A stretch of DNA of 64,000 nucleotides. Source: Priapulus caudatus (lineage: Eukaryota). The stretch covers positions 121,880 to 185,879 of the forward strand of contig NW_014577081.1 of assembly GCF_000485595.1 (NCBI RefSeq). The letters run 5' to 3'. Made by a program: the position numbers and the translations under genes. The notes beneath the pieces were generated by a model. The model had not been told where the DNA came from. It made no database searches and worked only from the letters and a program-made list of their open reading frames with translations. The first letter of the stretch is position 1. Every line of letters begins with the position of its first letter. This document shows, one piece after another, positions 45,258 to 59,291 of the stretch.

Positions 45258-48200
45258 TCATGACTTATAATGTCGCAGGGTGCGCGCAGATGGGTCAGTT
45301 GCCTCAGTCCACTTTGGCATCCACATGTAAGAGATCCAGTCGCCATGATCAGGATAATAACTCTCAAATATTTGTCGATAGTAACAAGCCTCCTTTGTGG
45401 TGGGGGTGTTTAGTGGATACTTCTCAGCAGCTTCTGCCATCTCTTTATCAGAAACCTAAAACAATAACATCACCTTGATTTGTAATACATTAAATTATAT
45501 ATATATTATATATGAATATATAATTTGACACGTAGGCCCAGAAATGCGAGTTAGATGTAATACCAAGGACTGTATCACCAGTTCCAAAGATCAAGAGATA
45601 TTCTGAATGTTATCTTAGGTTTTTAAGTCAAGTGTTGGTTATAAATTTATGCGGTGATACGAATAACCATTGAAAAAAGGTCAATCATCCTCGTGATTAT
45701 AAGCATGCACATTCATGCACGCACACGCACATGCATGCACGCACACGCACACGCCACATGGCACAAATACAAACACGCGGACCAATACGATTGCCGCATA
45801 ACAAGAATAGCGCACACACACTATGACGCACACGACACAACGCGCCACGTTCGCACAACACAATGCGCGCGCTGCACCCACACGCGCACAGTGCACACAC
45901 ACTACGCGCACGTGCACACACCACGACAACACAGAGACAACACACTACACGCACGGGCACGTCACGCCACGCACGCATACTACACACCACACACAGCACA
46001 GAAACACGTACAACACACAGCCACGCTGACGCAACGCACACTAACACACACACACACACCACACACAACACACACTCACGTACGCCAACGCGCTACGCAC
46101 GCACCGCACGTGTTACACAAACACAGCACCACAGATGCGCAGAGGAGAGTAGAGAGAATTAGGAGTGAAAGAGAGAGAGAGAGAGAGATCAGTATCGAGA
46201 GAGAGAGAGAGAAAGAAACACGTACACACACATGGCATGCACAACACAGTACACACCATTTGCTCTCAAAGGTGCCTTTTGCAAATGTCTCAACCAAGTA
46301 TGCCTTCTCCTTACGAGACGCCATCGCTGAACGCCTTCCTTCGCGCCGCCAACAGGATATCCTCCCGGCGAATGAGACCCATGCCGGAGAAAGGCCTTTC
46401 TGAAGAACGGCTACTTCTCCACCCATGTCGCCCGGCTGACGCTCGGAGGCTAGCACCGATAGGTAGTAGGCAGAGAACTGAGTGGTCGCAGAAGGGCACC
46501 GCCAACGTCCAACTCTGAATCGACAAAGCCCGAGCGCATGGAATTCACACGAGGCGCTCGGTCAGCAAGGCTACAAATATTCGTGTAGTTAAATTCATGG
46601 TAGCTGTCATGAAGTCAATATGCGGTAGCCTTATGGTCAATGTGCTGGTACAAGTAGTATAAATAAGGCAAATACAGCTCGCAGCGGCAAGAGGCTACAG
46701 AAGTGTGGCTGAATAACATTTTATGCATTACCTGACTGATTAAATTTAGCATTCTATAAACCATAGACTTTTCTAAATTAAAAATAGGGCTAAACAAACT
46801 CATCTTCTTAGAGAGTTTAAGCAAACAACGACTTTGCCACAAGCTACCGCATCAGTCCGCAGATTGGTTGCCGTCTGCTCTTAGGTTGTCAAACATAGTA
46901 AAGATCACTGAAGAAGTCGTGTGCTACTCCTTATCGCCCTCTTCTTGCTGAAATGCGGGCGCTGAGTAAAAAAAATCTATTAATATCTTTCAATAGCACT
47001 TGCATACCATGAATCGCATTTATTTAAAGTACATTTCTGGCTAAATTATGGATCGGCAAGTGTGACATGCAAAACGCCTATCGCGCGTACGACGTATTAG
47101 ATACTTGTCAAGAAATTACAATAATGATGCCTACAGCTTTGTGTGCTATAACACGATTTCTCCTGTGATGGGTGCTGTAATGCTCACATTGTGGAAATAT
47201 ATGTATCGACCTGGCACAGCTCATCGCCCTTCACCCGAGAATGCACAACACAGTGTCCTGTAGTTCTCCAGAAATGCTACTTGCTAACTAGTACATTACC
47301 TATAAACATAAAAATTAGCAAAAAAATTACTTCAGAAACTCTTTGAAAAAGACCTCCTTGCTTATAATATCGAATTTTAATATAAACAATAGTGTCTTAT
47401 TGCAAAGAAGGCAGAAACCTTAAATATATCTAGTGGGAGGGGGCAAAATCTTCCTGAACTGGCAAACTGTGTTGTGCTTGATGCTAGAGAACACGAAAGA
47501 TAGGGCTCTGCTAGCATTCTGGAAGCAAAGGGGAGGGCACGTTTGCTGGCCTCAGCTTGGTAAAGTTTGGAGAAATTATATAATCCAAAAACTTAATAAA
47601 TGTAAATTAGCCTAAGAAAATTAAAGTACAACTTAAGCAGCTGCATCTGAGAAAAACCAAACTTGCCTTAAAGACCATACAGGAGCTTACCATACATATC
47701 AACCGTGGGCCTGGGCAGTATATGTCCACCTGTATTATTCAGCTTGGATTCACAACATATTTGCCCCCCCCCCAGTATATTTTTCTCAGGCGTACAGCCA
47801 GAGCGTATTATGCATTACTAAAGTGAGGATATTCTGCACTAGATAGTCTTTCATGCCAAGACGTACTGCGTGGGTATGTGCTCTCTAATTTCAAAAGCCC
47901 ACATATATGTGGCTATTAGTATGTAGGCTCTGATTCTTACCAAGCAGATTGCCTATCGTCGTGATATCGTATGAACTCAACGGTGATAAATGACGTCTTG
48001 CAAGTGTGGCAACTCCTTCGTTCAGGTGTGCAAGCACCCAGGACGGCTTCGGTGATGCTCACTGCCTATGTGATCAGCCACCTAGAGTTTCGTAGATTGT
48101 AACACCTAATTTTAACTCAAACGAAGATAATCAGAATGACGAAAACACTTGGTGGGCACTCGCCGTCGAACTGATAGGGGGTTGCCTTCGGGCGACCTTG

Positions 48201-51200
48201 AAACCTGACCGCCGTGCGCAAACCAGCTGTTCGCGGCGCCGCTTAGAAATACGCCATGTGCCATTATACTGCACGCTTAACAAGGTATACCCTGTTGCAA
48301 TATTCACCACTGTGCTCTATGTCCCCTAGTCCTACACTGTCAATATAGGCAGATATTGCGACTCCAATATCGCCGCCTGGCTGATATTGGCCCAATCATT
48401 GATTTTGCCAATAATATTGGGCCGATATTGGTGCGAATATTAATTGATGCCTGGTGATATTTGACCCCAATATTGTTTTGCCAATATTAGCGCCCAGATT
48501 ATGCAGCTTGATGAGGTGGGTATTCTAGACTAACCCTGTGCCCCAATTATTGATAGTTCGAAACTATACCCTGTGCGAATAATGATGCTTGGAAAAATAT
48601 ACCCTGTCCACGGCCGTCGGCGCAGCGTACCTTTAACAATGGGAGTGCTCCCCCCCCCCCCCCGGCGAAAACAATTGTTTTCCTTCTCCACGACTTTGTA
48701 TAGTTTGAGAAATTTCACTCCACAGCAGTCACAAAGTAATGGCCCATGTGCTAATGAGAGTCATAGCAAATATGATCTGCTTTTTTTAATCCAGTGAGAT
48801 CAAAGCTATTATATAAAAGCATGTAATATTTTCATCCGTTCGTTCAGCTAGCTAACCTTTTGAGCAGCTGCCAGATCAGGACTTCCCTCCATACCAATTG
48901 AAAATGTCTGTATCGGGTAGCTTACAAACTCATTCTTTGCTGCATTAACAGCCAATGCAGCAATGAGACTGGAGTCAAGTCCGCCTGTACAGCACATGGA
49001 TAGAAATACCAGTTGCGAAGACAAACGAAAACACACATCTTTAATATAAAAGATCAAAGAGTATAACAAACACATAAGGGACCAACAGAAATGCCGACGA
49101 GTGAATTTTATAAGGTAATAGAATTGTCATCCAAGTGACAATCCAGAAAGCTAAACAATATTTTAAAGTGGTTTTTTTATAATTTAATCAAAGGTATGAT
49201 AGTATATAAAAATGGTCAAGCTTCAAATGTTAGTCAAGAGTCCAAATGCAACTTTTCAAGAGGTTGAACATTGACATATCACACATAACAAGTAGTAGGT
49301 TCATGGTTGTGAGAAACTAGAAGATGTGGTTCAATATTCTAGTACCTGATAGTAAGCAGCCAATTCGCCGATCAGACATCATTCTCTTCTTCACAGCAGC
49401 AGTAAGAGTCACTGCGAATGTTTAACTCAGTGTTACTCGCCAGTAAATGCAAACACGGATTTGCAAGGCCAATTAGACAATTAATTCTATTGAGTGCGTA
49501 GTTATACGTGATACCACCTCTATGAAACCAACGCCTGTCAGTAAAGCCCACTTTTACCCTTTTATTGAGTGACCATCATAGACAAGTGTGACTAGTATTC
49601 AATGTATCACTATCATACATATCCTATACCGTTCATTGTATGTGTGCACTGTATTGCCTGTTGAAACAGGTGTACTTGTCCATACCAGTTGCCAAAATAA
49701 ATGCAAACCTGCCAGGTTCTCACACTGAAGACTTTTCTATAAATTAGCAAATCCAGGACCCATTTCTCAGCCTGCCCAGACTATAACCCAAATAGTACAA
49801 GGCCTTTCAGGATCATAGATGATTTTCCAGAATTTTCCAGGTTTTCCAGGACTGTGCCTAAACCTACCTGTGCTTTGTTAACACGTTCCACTACTAAACT
49901 AGAAATAACAGTATACTTTTGTATGTTACCTGCCAGAAGTTCTTTCCCCAGCCGACACGTATTTGGGCATAGCACCTATATCGTTGGAACTGCTTTTGCT
50001 CTATCAGTGTAACTTTACTCTCTCCGCTCGTCATCCATTTGATAGCTCTCAATGTGTCCTGGAGGGAAGGGAGTGAGGCTTCGACAGGTGCAGCATTCTC
50101 CATTGATTCCGTAAGATGCACTAGACCTGCGAAACGATAAGGGAATAATTAAATCACATATCGCTGTTCTAAATGTGTTATACGGATATTATAATCACTA
50201 GAAGCTGTAATATTGAGTGGGGGAAGAAGTCCCGTTGTATTCGGTAGTGTTGTTAATCGGTTGTAATTTCGTAATCGATCATCGTTGGACCCAAGTAACG
50301 ATGATCGGTTACAATGCGTTACTCGGGGTGTTGCATGCCTGCCTGTGCCGTAACGTCGTGTGCATGTACGTGTGTGCATGTATGTACTCTGTTTAGTCCT
50401 GTTTACTGTTTGTTTTGCACTGTTTCCTAATGCGTGTAGAATACATGTATGTTAATAAAGGATAACTTGTATAGTAGTGATGATATCTCTGATTCTCATC
50501 ACTTTTTTGATTTTTTTTTTTGAATTTTTTTTTCTTGATGAAATCGATTATGGATTTTGATAACCAAGCGCTTGGTTCGAGCCACTGTTCAACCGATGAT
50601 CGAGTATAATCGATGATCATGACATCACTAGTATTCGGGATGCCATTAACATTATACATGCAGTTGTCCAATAACAGCAATTTACAGATATTGTGTCTGG
50701 ATCTTTACCTTCAACCTAATGTGTATCCCACCATTTACTGCACTCTGAAACTCAACATCAACTTACTTGGTATCCGTTTTATTACTCTGTTTTTATGTGC
50801 TCTTCATCACAACATCAACATTTTCTTGCACTTCTCCTTTCACTTTGCAATGAATTTTAACATGAGCTTCCTTTGCACCACTTCTCTTACTTCCTTCTTA
50901 ACCTCGTTACCATACTTCATAATTTCATTCTTTCATACCTTCTTTAATATTCTTACCATACTGTGCACCTCTCCCTCTTCTCTTACTGTTAGCTATACTT
51001 CAGCATCTGCTCCCTCTGTTTCCTCTCTCTGTATAATTATGCGCGCACCTTTTGCCTCCGAGCAGATGGCTAACACTCCGTTATCGGACAGTAGCTTGAA
51101 GGCAGGTCTGACGCCGTATGTGTCACGGCCGATGTGAACCTGCTTCTTCTCTGTGTCTAAAATGCAGAAGGCAAATACACCGTCCAGCCTCGCCGCTGCG

Positions 51201-51788
51201 TATTCAGCCCCACCCTCATGGTAGAGGTGAAGAATCACCTCCCCATCACTCTGCGTCTGAAAGTTGAAGCCGTGCTGGAAGCCAACCTAGACGAATGCAA
51301 ACATCACCGAGAGTGAGAATCGAAGCTCTGCAAAGATTGTGAGCATGAACGAATTTCCGCTGACTGATACACCGATGTATATGAATTTTATTATCTTTCC
51401 ATGTGGGCAACTAAGACAATTATGATATTCACACTGCTATTGTAACTAAACATTCAGAGCCAGTGATTATTTTGCTCACAATAGATGATATATCACGGTC
51501 TCTTTTTTTCTACAATAGAATGAAAAATGGATGTACCCTTTTGTGGTTATAGATTTCTCCATTATAAATGAGCCACAGGTGTGGAAGCATGTTTACTCTC
51601 ATAGGCTGCATTCCGTAGAGGTCATCAACAATAGCCAAGCGGTGAAACGCCAGGCAGCAGTGCGGGAACAAGTGATTGTTTGACTCGATGCGGAAGGCAT
51701 CTGGTCCCCTGTAACTGACTTTCAGGACGTTGGCTATTTGCTTGGTGATCACCGCATAGCTCCCGAACAAGGCCCATATACCACACAT
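45258..51788 (-). CDS. ASNS: Asparagine synthetase [glutamine-hydrolysing], multi-exon; central exons carry indels (probably sequence errors)
   Basis: Clean exons: 51788-51537 (MCGIWALFG...[10 protein letters not shown]), 51286-51049 ([15 protein letters not shown]), 48984-48857 ([10 protein letters not shown]), 45455-45258 ([16 protein letters not shown]). Indel-damaged exons: 50126-49930, ~49440-49346 ([16 protein letters not shown]), ~48081-47941 ([10 protein letters not shown]), ~47299-47188 (SGEG/YIYFH), ~46965-46848 (FDNLRAD), ~46516-46310 (VPF, AFSDGVS). Confidence 0.92.
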
Positions 51789-52409
51789 GACGGCGATGAA
51801 TATTGTGATGATTTAGTACCTATAAGCTATACAAGAAATAATGATATATTATGTTATGTTATATTTATAATCTAATCTAAATCATGCTCATGTAGATTCA
51901 GCAAAACAAGGACCCCAATGTAAATAAGTGTGCTAGTCATGCTTTTTGTGTATATATCCTTGGTAATTATCCAATTTTATGAATTCAAATTTTTATTGTA
52001 AAAGTATGCAATGTATAGATAGTATTAGTATCATATAATATATGATGGATAATTGCCTAATAAAAAATAAAAAGTATACAGTATTGTAAATTAAACTATG
52101 AGTATGATGTATACGTGTACGGAAATGTTTAGCAACAAATAAAACTAAACTAAACCAAACTAAAGTATAGACTGCTTACATGCGTGGATACCGGTAAACT
52201 CACTCTATGTCTCCTGAACAGTGCACGCGTCGGGGGCTACGACTACGACTACGAGTACTACGTGTACACGTGCCACGCTACCACAAGATGGGTGTGAATA
52301 AAACCCGGACCCGGACCCGACCCGGAAAACCTGCATAAAACCCGGACTCTGACCTCGTGGTCCGGGCCGGGTTTTATCCATCGTCCGGTCCGAGCTCCGC
52401 TCCTTACAC

Positions 52410-52445
<36 letters not shown>

Positions 52446-52784
52446 GGTACTCAAATACGGGAGCCAATGTTTACATGCCACAGCGCCATCTCTTGGATGT
52501 TTTATAAGTAAATAGGGATTTTCAATAAAAATAATGCGGCTTTTAATGTATTTACCACGATTTACGTATAGAAACTATATGTTATTTTTACTGATTTCTC
52601 CGCCTATCTTTCCTTAAATTTTTCATTGTCTTTGAATGCCTTCCGGTAGATTTTTCTGCGTTTCGCTGCCTGGCTTTTGGTAATTTACCATATGCTGTCT
52701 AAACACTAAAAGGTACACAACCACGCAAAAACGCACATACACACAACACAACAACACGCACAGCACACACACGCCGCGCGCACA

Positions 52785-53287
52785 TTAGCGGATTAAGGGC
52801 GGGGCAAACGGGGCACGTGCCCGCGGGCCCCCCACATTTGGGGCCCCCCACATTTAGAGTATCGCTAAAAATTTACCAAAACTGCGTAATTGTGATCCAC
52901 AAAATTCTTAGCATGTAACGTTTAAAGTGAATGCGTTCCCATGCTGTTTCTCGATGACTGAATTTTGCTGTTCAGCTGAAGGACACTTTCCCTAATACCG
53001 AAATGCTCTGAGAATCTATCTCTCATTGATGGTCTCGAATTGTAGCGGTGAAAGGTCATTTTTTTAAACTCCAAGTTGATTAAAAATCACATGAGAACCA
53101 CGATGAGCCAACAGAGACTGGTAAACGCTCAGTATTTCTCGCTATCGAAAGCTGACATTTTAAATTCGTGAAACACGATAAAATACTGTCTGAATTTGCA
53201 AGCATGAAAGTGCAGAAAAAATAACAGACTATAGGGGCCCCACACAATTGCGTGCCCCGGGCCCCCCACATCGCTTAGTCCGGCCCT
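52785..53287 (+). mobile_element. hAT deletion derivative retaining the transposase C-terminal dimerisation domain
   Basis: ~52975-53165 reads, across small indels, LKDTFPNTEM.LRIYLSLMVSNCSGERSF.KL.LIKNHMRTTMSQQRL..LAIES.DIL (Dimer_Tnp_hAT signature). Right end CTTAGTCCGGCCCTG, with GGGCCCC-rich subterminal repeats. A second noisy copy lies at ~61280-61796. Confidence 0.8.
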
Positions 53288-53847
53288 GCACCGCGCGCAC
53301 GACGCACACAGAAACGCAACGCGCCACCACACGCACGCGCGCACACACACGCACGGGCGCACACAAGTCGCACGGGCGCACACACGCGCTACGCGCACAA
53401 AAACACACGCACACAAAACCAGCGCATTAACGCACGTGCGCACGCAGCCCACGCGCATACACACCACACAACACATGCACACGCACGTACAAAGAAACAC
53501 ATGCCGCACACAAGACACCGCACACACCAACCACGTAAAAACGCCATGCGCACGCACGCACGCACTGCTACGCCGCACACGCACGAGACACAGCCAACAC
53601 ACACACACAACCACACGCAAAAACGCAACAGCACGCACGCACAGATTACACACCACATACACGCACGCACGACTCCCCACCCGCCCAATACACCGACACA
53701 ACCACGCAAAAAACGCATACCCCGCACGTGCGCGACGCACGCGCGCAGCACCACTACACATACACGCACGTACGCGCACAGAAAACACACCGCGGCGCAC
53801 ACACCGCACGTACTTGCACGCAACAAAGCACGCACACACACACACAG

Positions 53848-53879
<32 letters not shown>

Positions 53880-54948
53880 GCACACAACACACACAGCACA
53901 GACACACACCCCAGCACACGACACACACAACACTCACACACACACACACTGCAACCCACACGCACAACAGCACCACACACACATACACACGCACGCAGCG
54001 TGGGTCCGGACTGATGCAGAATGAGTCCGGAATGGTACATGTGACCCACTTCTTATCGGAGGATGCACCCCATGCACGCTTCTTGAATGCCAACTAAAGT
54101 TGAGCGTGAGGTGTTATCAATTTTCATTTTGAGGTGATATATTTTTTTGGCCCGCGACCGAGTGGGCTCCGTGTGCACTGCTACTGGACTACGTGACACT
54201 ATGGTGACATCCAGGGCCGGCTCCATGGCTGAGGAGCCACGCAATCATGTATCATGTCTCTCAGGATTTCAAAGTGCCCTTCGAAATTTACAGAAAATAC
54301 AAAAATACAGAAAATCAATTTGATGAATTTGTGCTATATTCTTTATTTGTTTTCTTTCTTCTGATCATTGACAGGACTTGAAGGAAATCGAATTTTACAT
54401 GGTAACAAAACTAAGCTTTTATTCTGAAAAAGAAAGTGCTGAATCATTCTGCATTAATTGCTGGTATGCAAGCCGGCAGGCAAAATGAAGGAGAAATAAA
54501 ATTCCATATGGTTTTTAGCTATTGCTGCTTGACTGAATGTGTGCCAATGGTGCTCATTTTTTGTGCGCCAGGGACCCTTGAAATTTTGAAATTTCCTGGG
54601 GGAGGCCCCCCAGACCTCCCGCCATGTGCTTCGCGCCTGGCGGCGCTCACTGTGGGGTGGTGTGCCCTTTTGGGAGGATGTGCCCTTAAAATCTGAAAAA
54701 ATACTGTCTAGCCTCAGCACTGGATCCGCCCCTAGACACTCCATTTAGTAGAGCACGGCCTATGGGCCTATATCCACGTTGTTCTCGTAGCTCCCGACGC
54801 GTGCACTGTCCAGGAGAGTGAGTTTACCGGTATCCACGCATGTAAGTAGTCTATACTTTAGTTTGGTTTAGTTTAGTTTGATTTGTTGTTACACATTTCC
54901 GTACACGTATACATCATAGTTTAATTTACAATACAACATGATTTAGAT

Positions 54949-56920
54949 CAGGCGCGTAGCTAGGATTTTATTTTGGAGGGGGGCGGCAATGAGCTACGTG
55001 AAGTGGTGAGAATCAGGGCGTAAAATCCGTACCGAGGAGTGGGGGGATGATCGGCGATATGCCATCACATACTAGCACGAGCACAAGCCCACAATTAATT
55101 TACGCACACGCGCGCGATCGCGCACGCGACGAACATACACACACACACACACACACACATCACACACACACACACCACACACAGCACACAACACACAACA
55201 CACACACACATACACACACAAACGAACAAACAACAAAGTTACCCACCACACACGCACACACCACACACGCACACCAACACACACACCACACACACACACG
55301 CTGCACACACACACACACACATCACACACACACACACACACACACACAACAACACGTACATATATTTATACATGCATACATACATGCACGCACATAGCCA
55401 AATTTGACAACCGTACGTTTGCACGTGCCGTAGGCATGTCAGTTGCTAGGGGGTCTGGGGCATGCCCCCCAGAAGAATTTTGAAATATTTAAGCCATTCT
55501 CCTGCAATCTGAGGCATACTGTGGGCCATATTCTCATGTCTGATGGCACTATCTCAACCCTAGACTTTTCATTACTTTTCAGAGAGCGTACACAGTTAGG
55601 TTACTATAGTAATAATACATGTACGTAAGAATGCAATTTCTCCACAATTTCACGGGTGTTTTGTATGTTTGCAACTATACTTTTTGGCTATTTGTGAGTC
55701 TGGAAACATTTTCTGAAGAGTTCATTTGCCATGGTCTGCCGCCCTCAAAGGCACATTGTGTTCAATTAAATAATCCGTAAATCTCACTTCTGCGTCAAGA
55801 CAGACAATTCTCTATCTGCCGCAAAGAAGCTTGATATATTGGGTGTAGATCCACTGCACCCGCATAGCACTTGTACTTTTGAGAGACTATATGCCTCTGG
55901 CAGTCCACTCCTTCCTCCGTGGCCACACTTGAAAGTCTGTCTTGCATACCATGCAATAGCCATGATTAACACTGAATTGTACTGTTGGCTATACAGTTAT
56001 GCGACTACAGTAAATGCAGTTACAGACATTTAAAAAACTCATTTCTCATGCATTATGCTGAAATTGAAACAATCACATTTCTTTCTTTTTCCTTCTTCTT
56101 CTTTCTTTCTTTCTTTTTTTTAAATCTTAGGAGGGGGGTATTTGTACAGGCCATCCCCCCCTTCCTTCAAGAGTGGGGGGATGCATCCCCCATCCCCCGG
56201 GATTTACGCCCCTGGTGCGGATCACTGAAAAGAGCGCGCGAGGCGCGCTTCGCATAGGGGGTGGTGTCAGGAGGGGGGAGTTTCCCCCTCCCGCGCGAAG
56301 CGCGAAGCTCTGACGTTTCATTAAATTATTAGAGAAAGAAGACATTCGTTGTACCGTTCTCAACTCTTAATCCTCTAAATGTTCAAAATAAATGGGATTT
56401 ATTGTTAAACAAGATTTTCGATTTTTTTTAGGATATCTTCAGAAAAGAGCATCATGCATGTGATAAATATAATTGACGTTTAAATCAACCAATCACCAAA
56501 CAATCAGGCATTTAATCATAAGATTCCATAATTGCTAGCAGGACTGTGTGATAGGTCAGAACACACAATAAGAATACACAAGTAGGCACGTAGAGAACGC
56601 CGACGCCGCTGTACACAAAATATCCGTAGAGCTCGATAGTCATATTATTGTGTGGGTACGCATGATATGTTATGCGAGCTGGATGAAAGGCGAACTGCGC
56701 TGGGCTCAAAGCTCATTTTACAAAAATTTTTTAATAATTAAAAGATATCTGTTGTTTCTTTTATAATCTTTTTAAACACAGTCTTTGTCATGTGTCTTTG
56801 TATGCTCCTTTTTCTTCCCTACGTCCTCTTACTTTTTCTCTTCTCTCTCTCTCTTTTTGGCCGGCGTTTTGGAGGGGGCGACCGCCCCCACCGCCGCCCC
56901 CCCCCCTGGCTACGCGCCTG
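54949..56920. mobile_element. Non-autonomous hAT element, 1972 bp
   Basis: TIRs CAGGCGCGTAGC / GCTACGCGCCTG and a perfect 8-bp TSD ATTTAGAT (54941-54948, 56921-56928). The homologous site in the - strand ASNS copy (~51876-51883) has a single ATTTAGAT. Confidence 0.9.
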
Positions 56921-57002
56921 ATTTAGATTAGATTTATAACATAACATAATATATCATTATTTTTTGTATAGGTACTAAATCATCACAATATTCATCGCCG
57001 TC

Positions 57003-59291
57003 ATGTGTGGTATATGGGCCTTGTTCGGGAGCTATGCGGTGATCACCAAGCAATAGCCAACGTCCTGAAAGTCACTACCAGGGGACCAGATGCCTTCCGC
57101 ATCGAGTCATAAACAATCAATTTGTTCCCGCATTGCTGCCTGGCTTTCACCGTTGGCTATTATTGATGACCTCTACGGAATGCAGCCTATGAGAGTAAAC
57201 ATGCTTCCACACCTGTGGCTTATTTATAATGGAGAAATCTACAACCACAAAAAGGTATAACTATTTTTCATTGTAGAAAAAAATGTAGAAAAAAAGAAAT
57301 CGCATCGATAGCATTCACATGCAGTATTGAGTAGCATGGTAAGAGCGCGGTCGTACGCACGCGGAGGGAATAACGACACGAGAGAGAGTTGATCGCATGC
57401 GAGGCAGGGCAGGCTGTGGAGGGGTCGGTGTGGATGGGTCGGTGTGGATGGGTTGGTGTGGATGGTGGTGGCACGGTGGGGGAGACATGGGCCGGGGATG
57501 GGTGGGGATGCGGAGAGAAGAATGTAGAGAAAAGTAGAAAAAAGGGGAAAGTAGAAAAAAAGTAACCCTGATATATCATCTATCGTGAGCAAAATAATCA
57601 CTGGCTCTGAATGTTTAGTTACAATAGCAGTGTGAATATCATCATTGTCTCAGTTGCCCACATGGAAAGATAATAAAATTCATATACACCGGCGTATCAG
57701 TCAGCGGAAGTTCGTTTATGCTCACAATCTTTGCAGAGCTTCGATTCTCACTCTCGGTGATGTTTCCATTCGTCTAGGTCGGCTTCCAGCACGGCTTCAA
57801 CTTTCAGACGCAGTGTGATGGGGAGGTGATTCTTCACCTCTACCATGAAGGTGGGGCCGAATACGCAGCGGCGAGGCTGGACGGTGTATTCGCCTTCTGC
57901 ATTTTAGACACAGAGAGAGAAGCAGGTTCATATCGGCCGTGACACATACGGCGTCAGACCTGCCTTCAAGCTACTGTCCGATGACGGAGTGTTAGCCATC
58001 TGCTCGGAGGCAAAAGGTGCGCGCATAATTATACAGAGAGAGGAAACAGAGGGAGCAGATGCTGAAGTGTAGCTAACAGTAAGAGAAGAGGGAGAGGTGC
58101 AAAGTATGGTATATATATTATTAAAGAAGGTATGAAAGAATGAAATTATGAAGTACTGAAGAAAAAAGTAGTTATGAAAGTATGGTAAAGAGGTTAAGAA
58201 GGAAGTAAGAGAAGTGGTGCAAAGGAAGCTCATGTAAATTCATTGCAAAGTGAAAGAAGAAGTGCAAGAACAAGTGGATGTTGCGATGAAAAGCACATAA
58301 AAACAGAGTAATGAAACGGCTGCCAAGTAAGTTGATGTTGAGTTTCAAGAGTGCAGTAAATGGTGGGATACACATTAGGTTGAAGGTAAAGATCCAGACA
58401 CAATATCTGTAAATTGCTGTTATTGGACAACTGTATAATGTTAATGGCATCCCGAATACAAAGGAACTTCTTCCCCCACTCAGTATTACAGTTTCTAATG
58501 ATTATAATATCCCGTATAACACATTTAGAACAGCGATAATGTGATTTAATTATCCTTATCGTTTCAGGTCTAGTGCATCTTACGGAATCAATGGAGAATG
58601 CTCACCTGTCGAAGCTCACTCCCTTCCTCCAGGACACATTGAGAGCTATCAAATGGATGACGAGGGAGAGAGTAAAGTTTCACTGATGAGGCAAAAGCAG
58701 TTCCACTATATAGGTGCCTATGCCAAAATACGTGTCGCTAGGAAAGAACTTCTGACAGGTACAATACAAAAGTATACTGTTATTTCTAGTTAGTAGGGAA
58801 CGTGTTAACAAAGCCACAGGTAGGGGTTGGCACATCCTGGAAAACCTGGAAAATCTGGAAAATCATCTATAGATCCTGAAAGGCTTGTACTATTTAGCTT
58901 ATATCTCATGGGGCTGAGAATGGGTCCTGGATTTGATAATGTTATAGAAAGTCTTCAAATGTGAGAACCTGGCAGGTTTGCATTTATTTTGGCAACTGGT
59001 ATGGACAAGTACACTGTTTTCAACAGGCAATACAGTGCACACATACACATGGAACTAATATAAGATATGTATGATAGTGTACATTGACATACTAGTCACA
59101 CTTGTCTATGATGGTCACTCAATAAAAAGGGTAAAAGTGGGCTTCCACTGACAGGCGTTGGTTTCATAGAGGTAGTTATCACCGTATAACTGCCACTCAA
59201 TAAAATGTCATAATTGGCCTTTGCAAATTCCGGTTTGCATTACTGCGTAGATAACATCGAGTTAAACATCGCATGACTCTTACTGCTGCCT
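57003..59291 (+). pseudogene. ASNS: Inverted partial ASNS copy (coding exons 1-3 and start of 4; truncated by gap; frameshifts as assembled)
   Basis: ATG at 57003 ([16 protein letters not shown]). Exons 57003-57254, 57778-58016 and ~58568-58758 and their introns are reverse-complement homologues of 51788-49400. Single-base indels occur in the exons. Homology extends upstream to the leader region at ~54790-54948. Status (paralogue, pseudogene or allele) is uncertain. Confidence 0.6.

Noticed and set aside
50613..51137. 174-aa hydrophobic ORF antisense to ASNS (and its mirror at 57928-58450)
   Set aside because: Antisense of an exon plus a purine-rich intron; the frame is not conserved between the two copies.
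53129..54097. Cys/Val- and His/Thr-rich ORFs (also at 13163-13635, 45654-46403, 55047-55424, 61580-62681)
   Set aside because: Degenerate (CA)n/(CG)n repeats with no coding signature.
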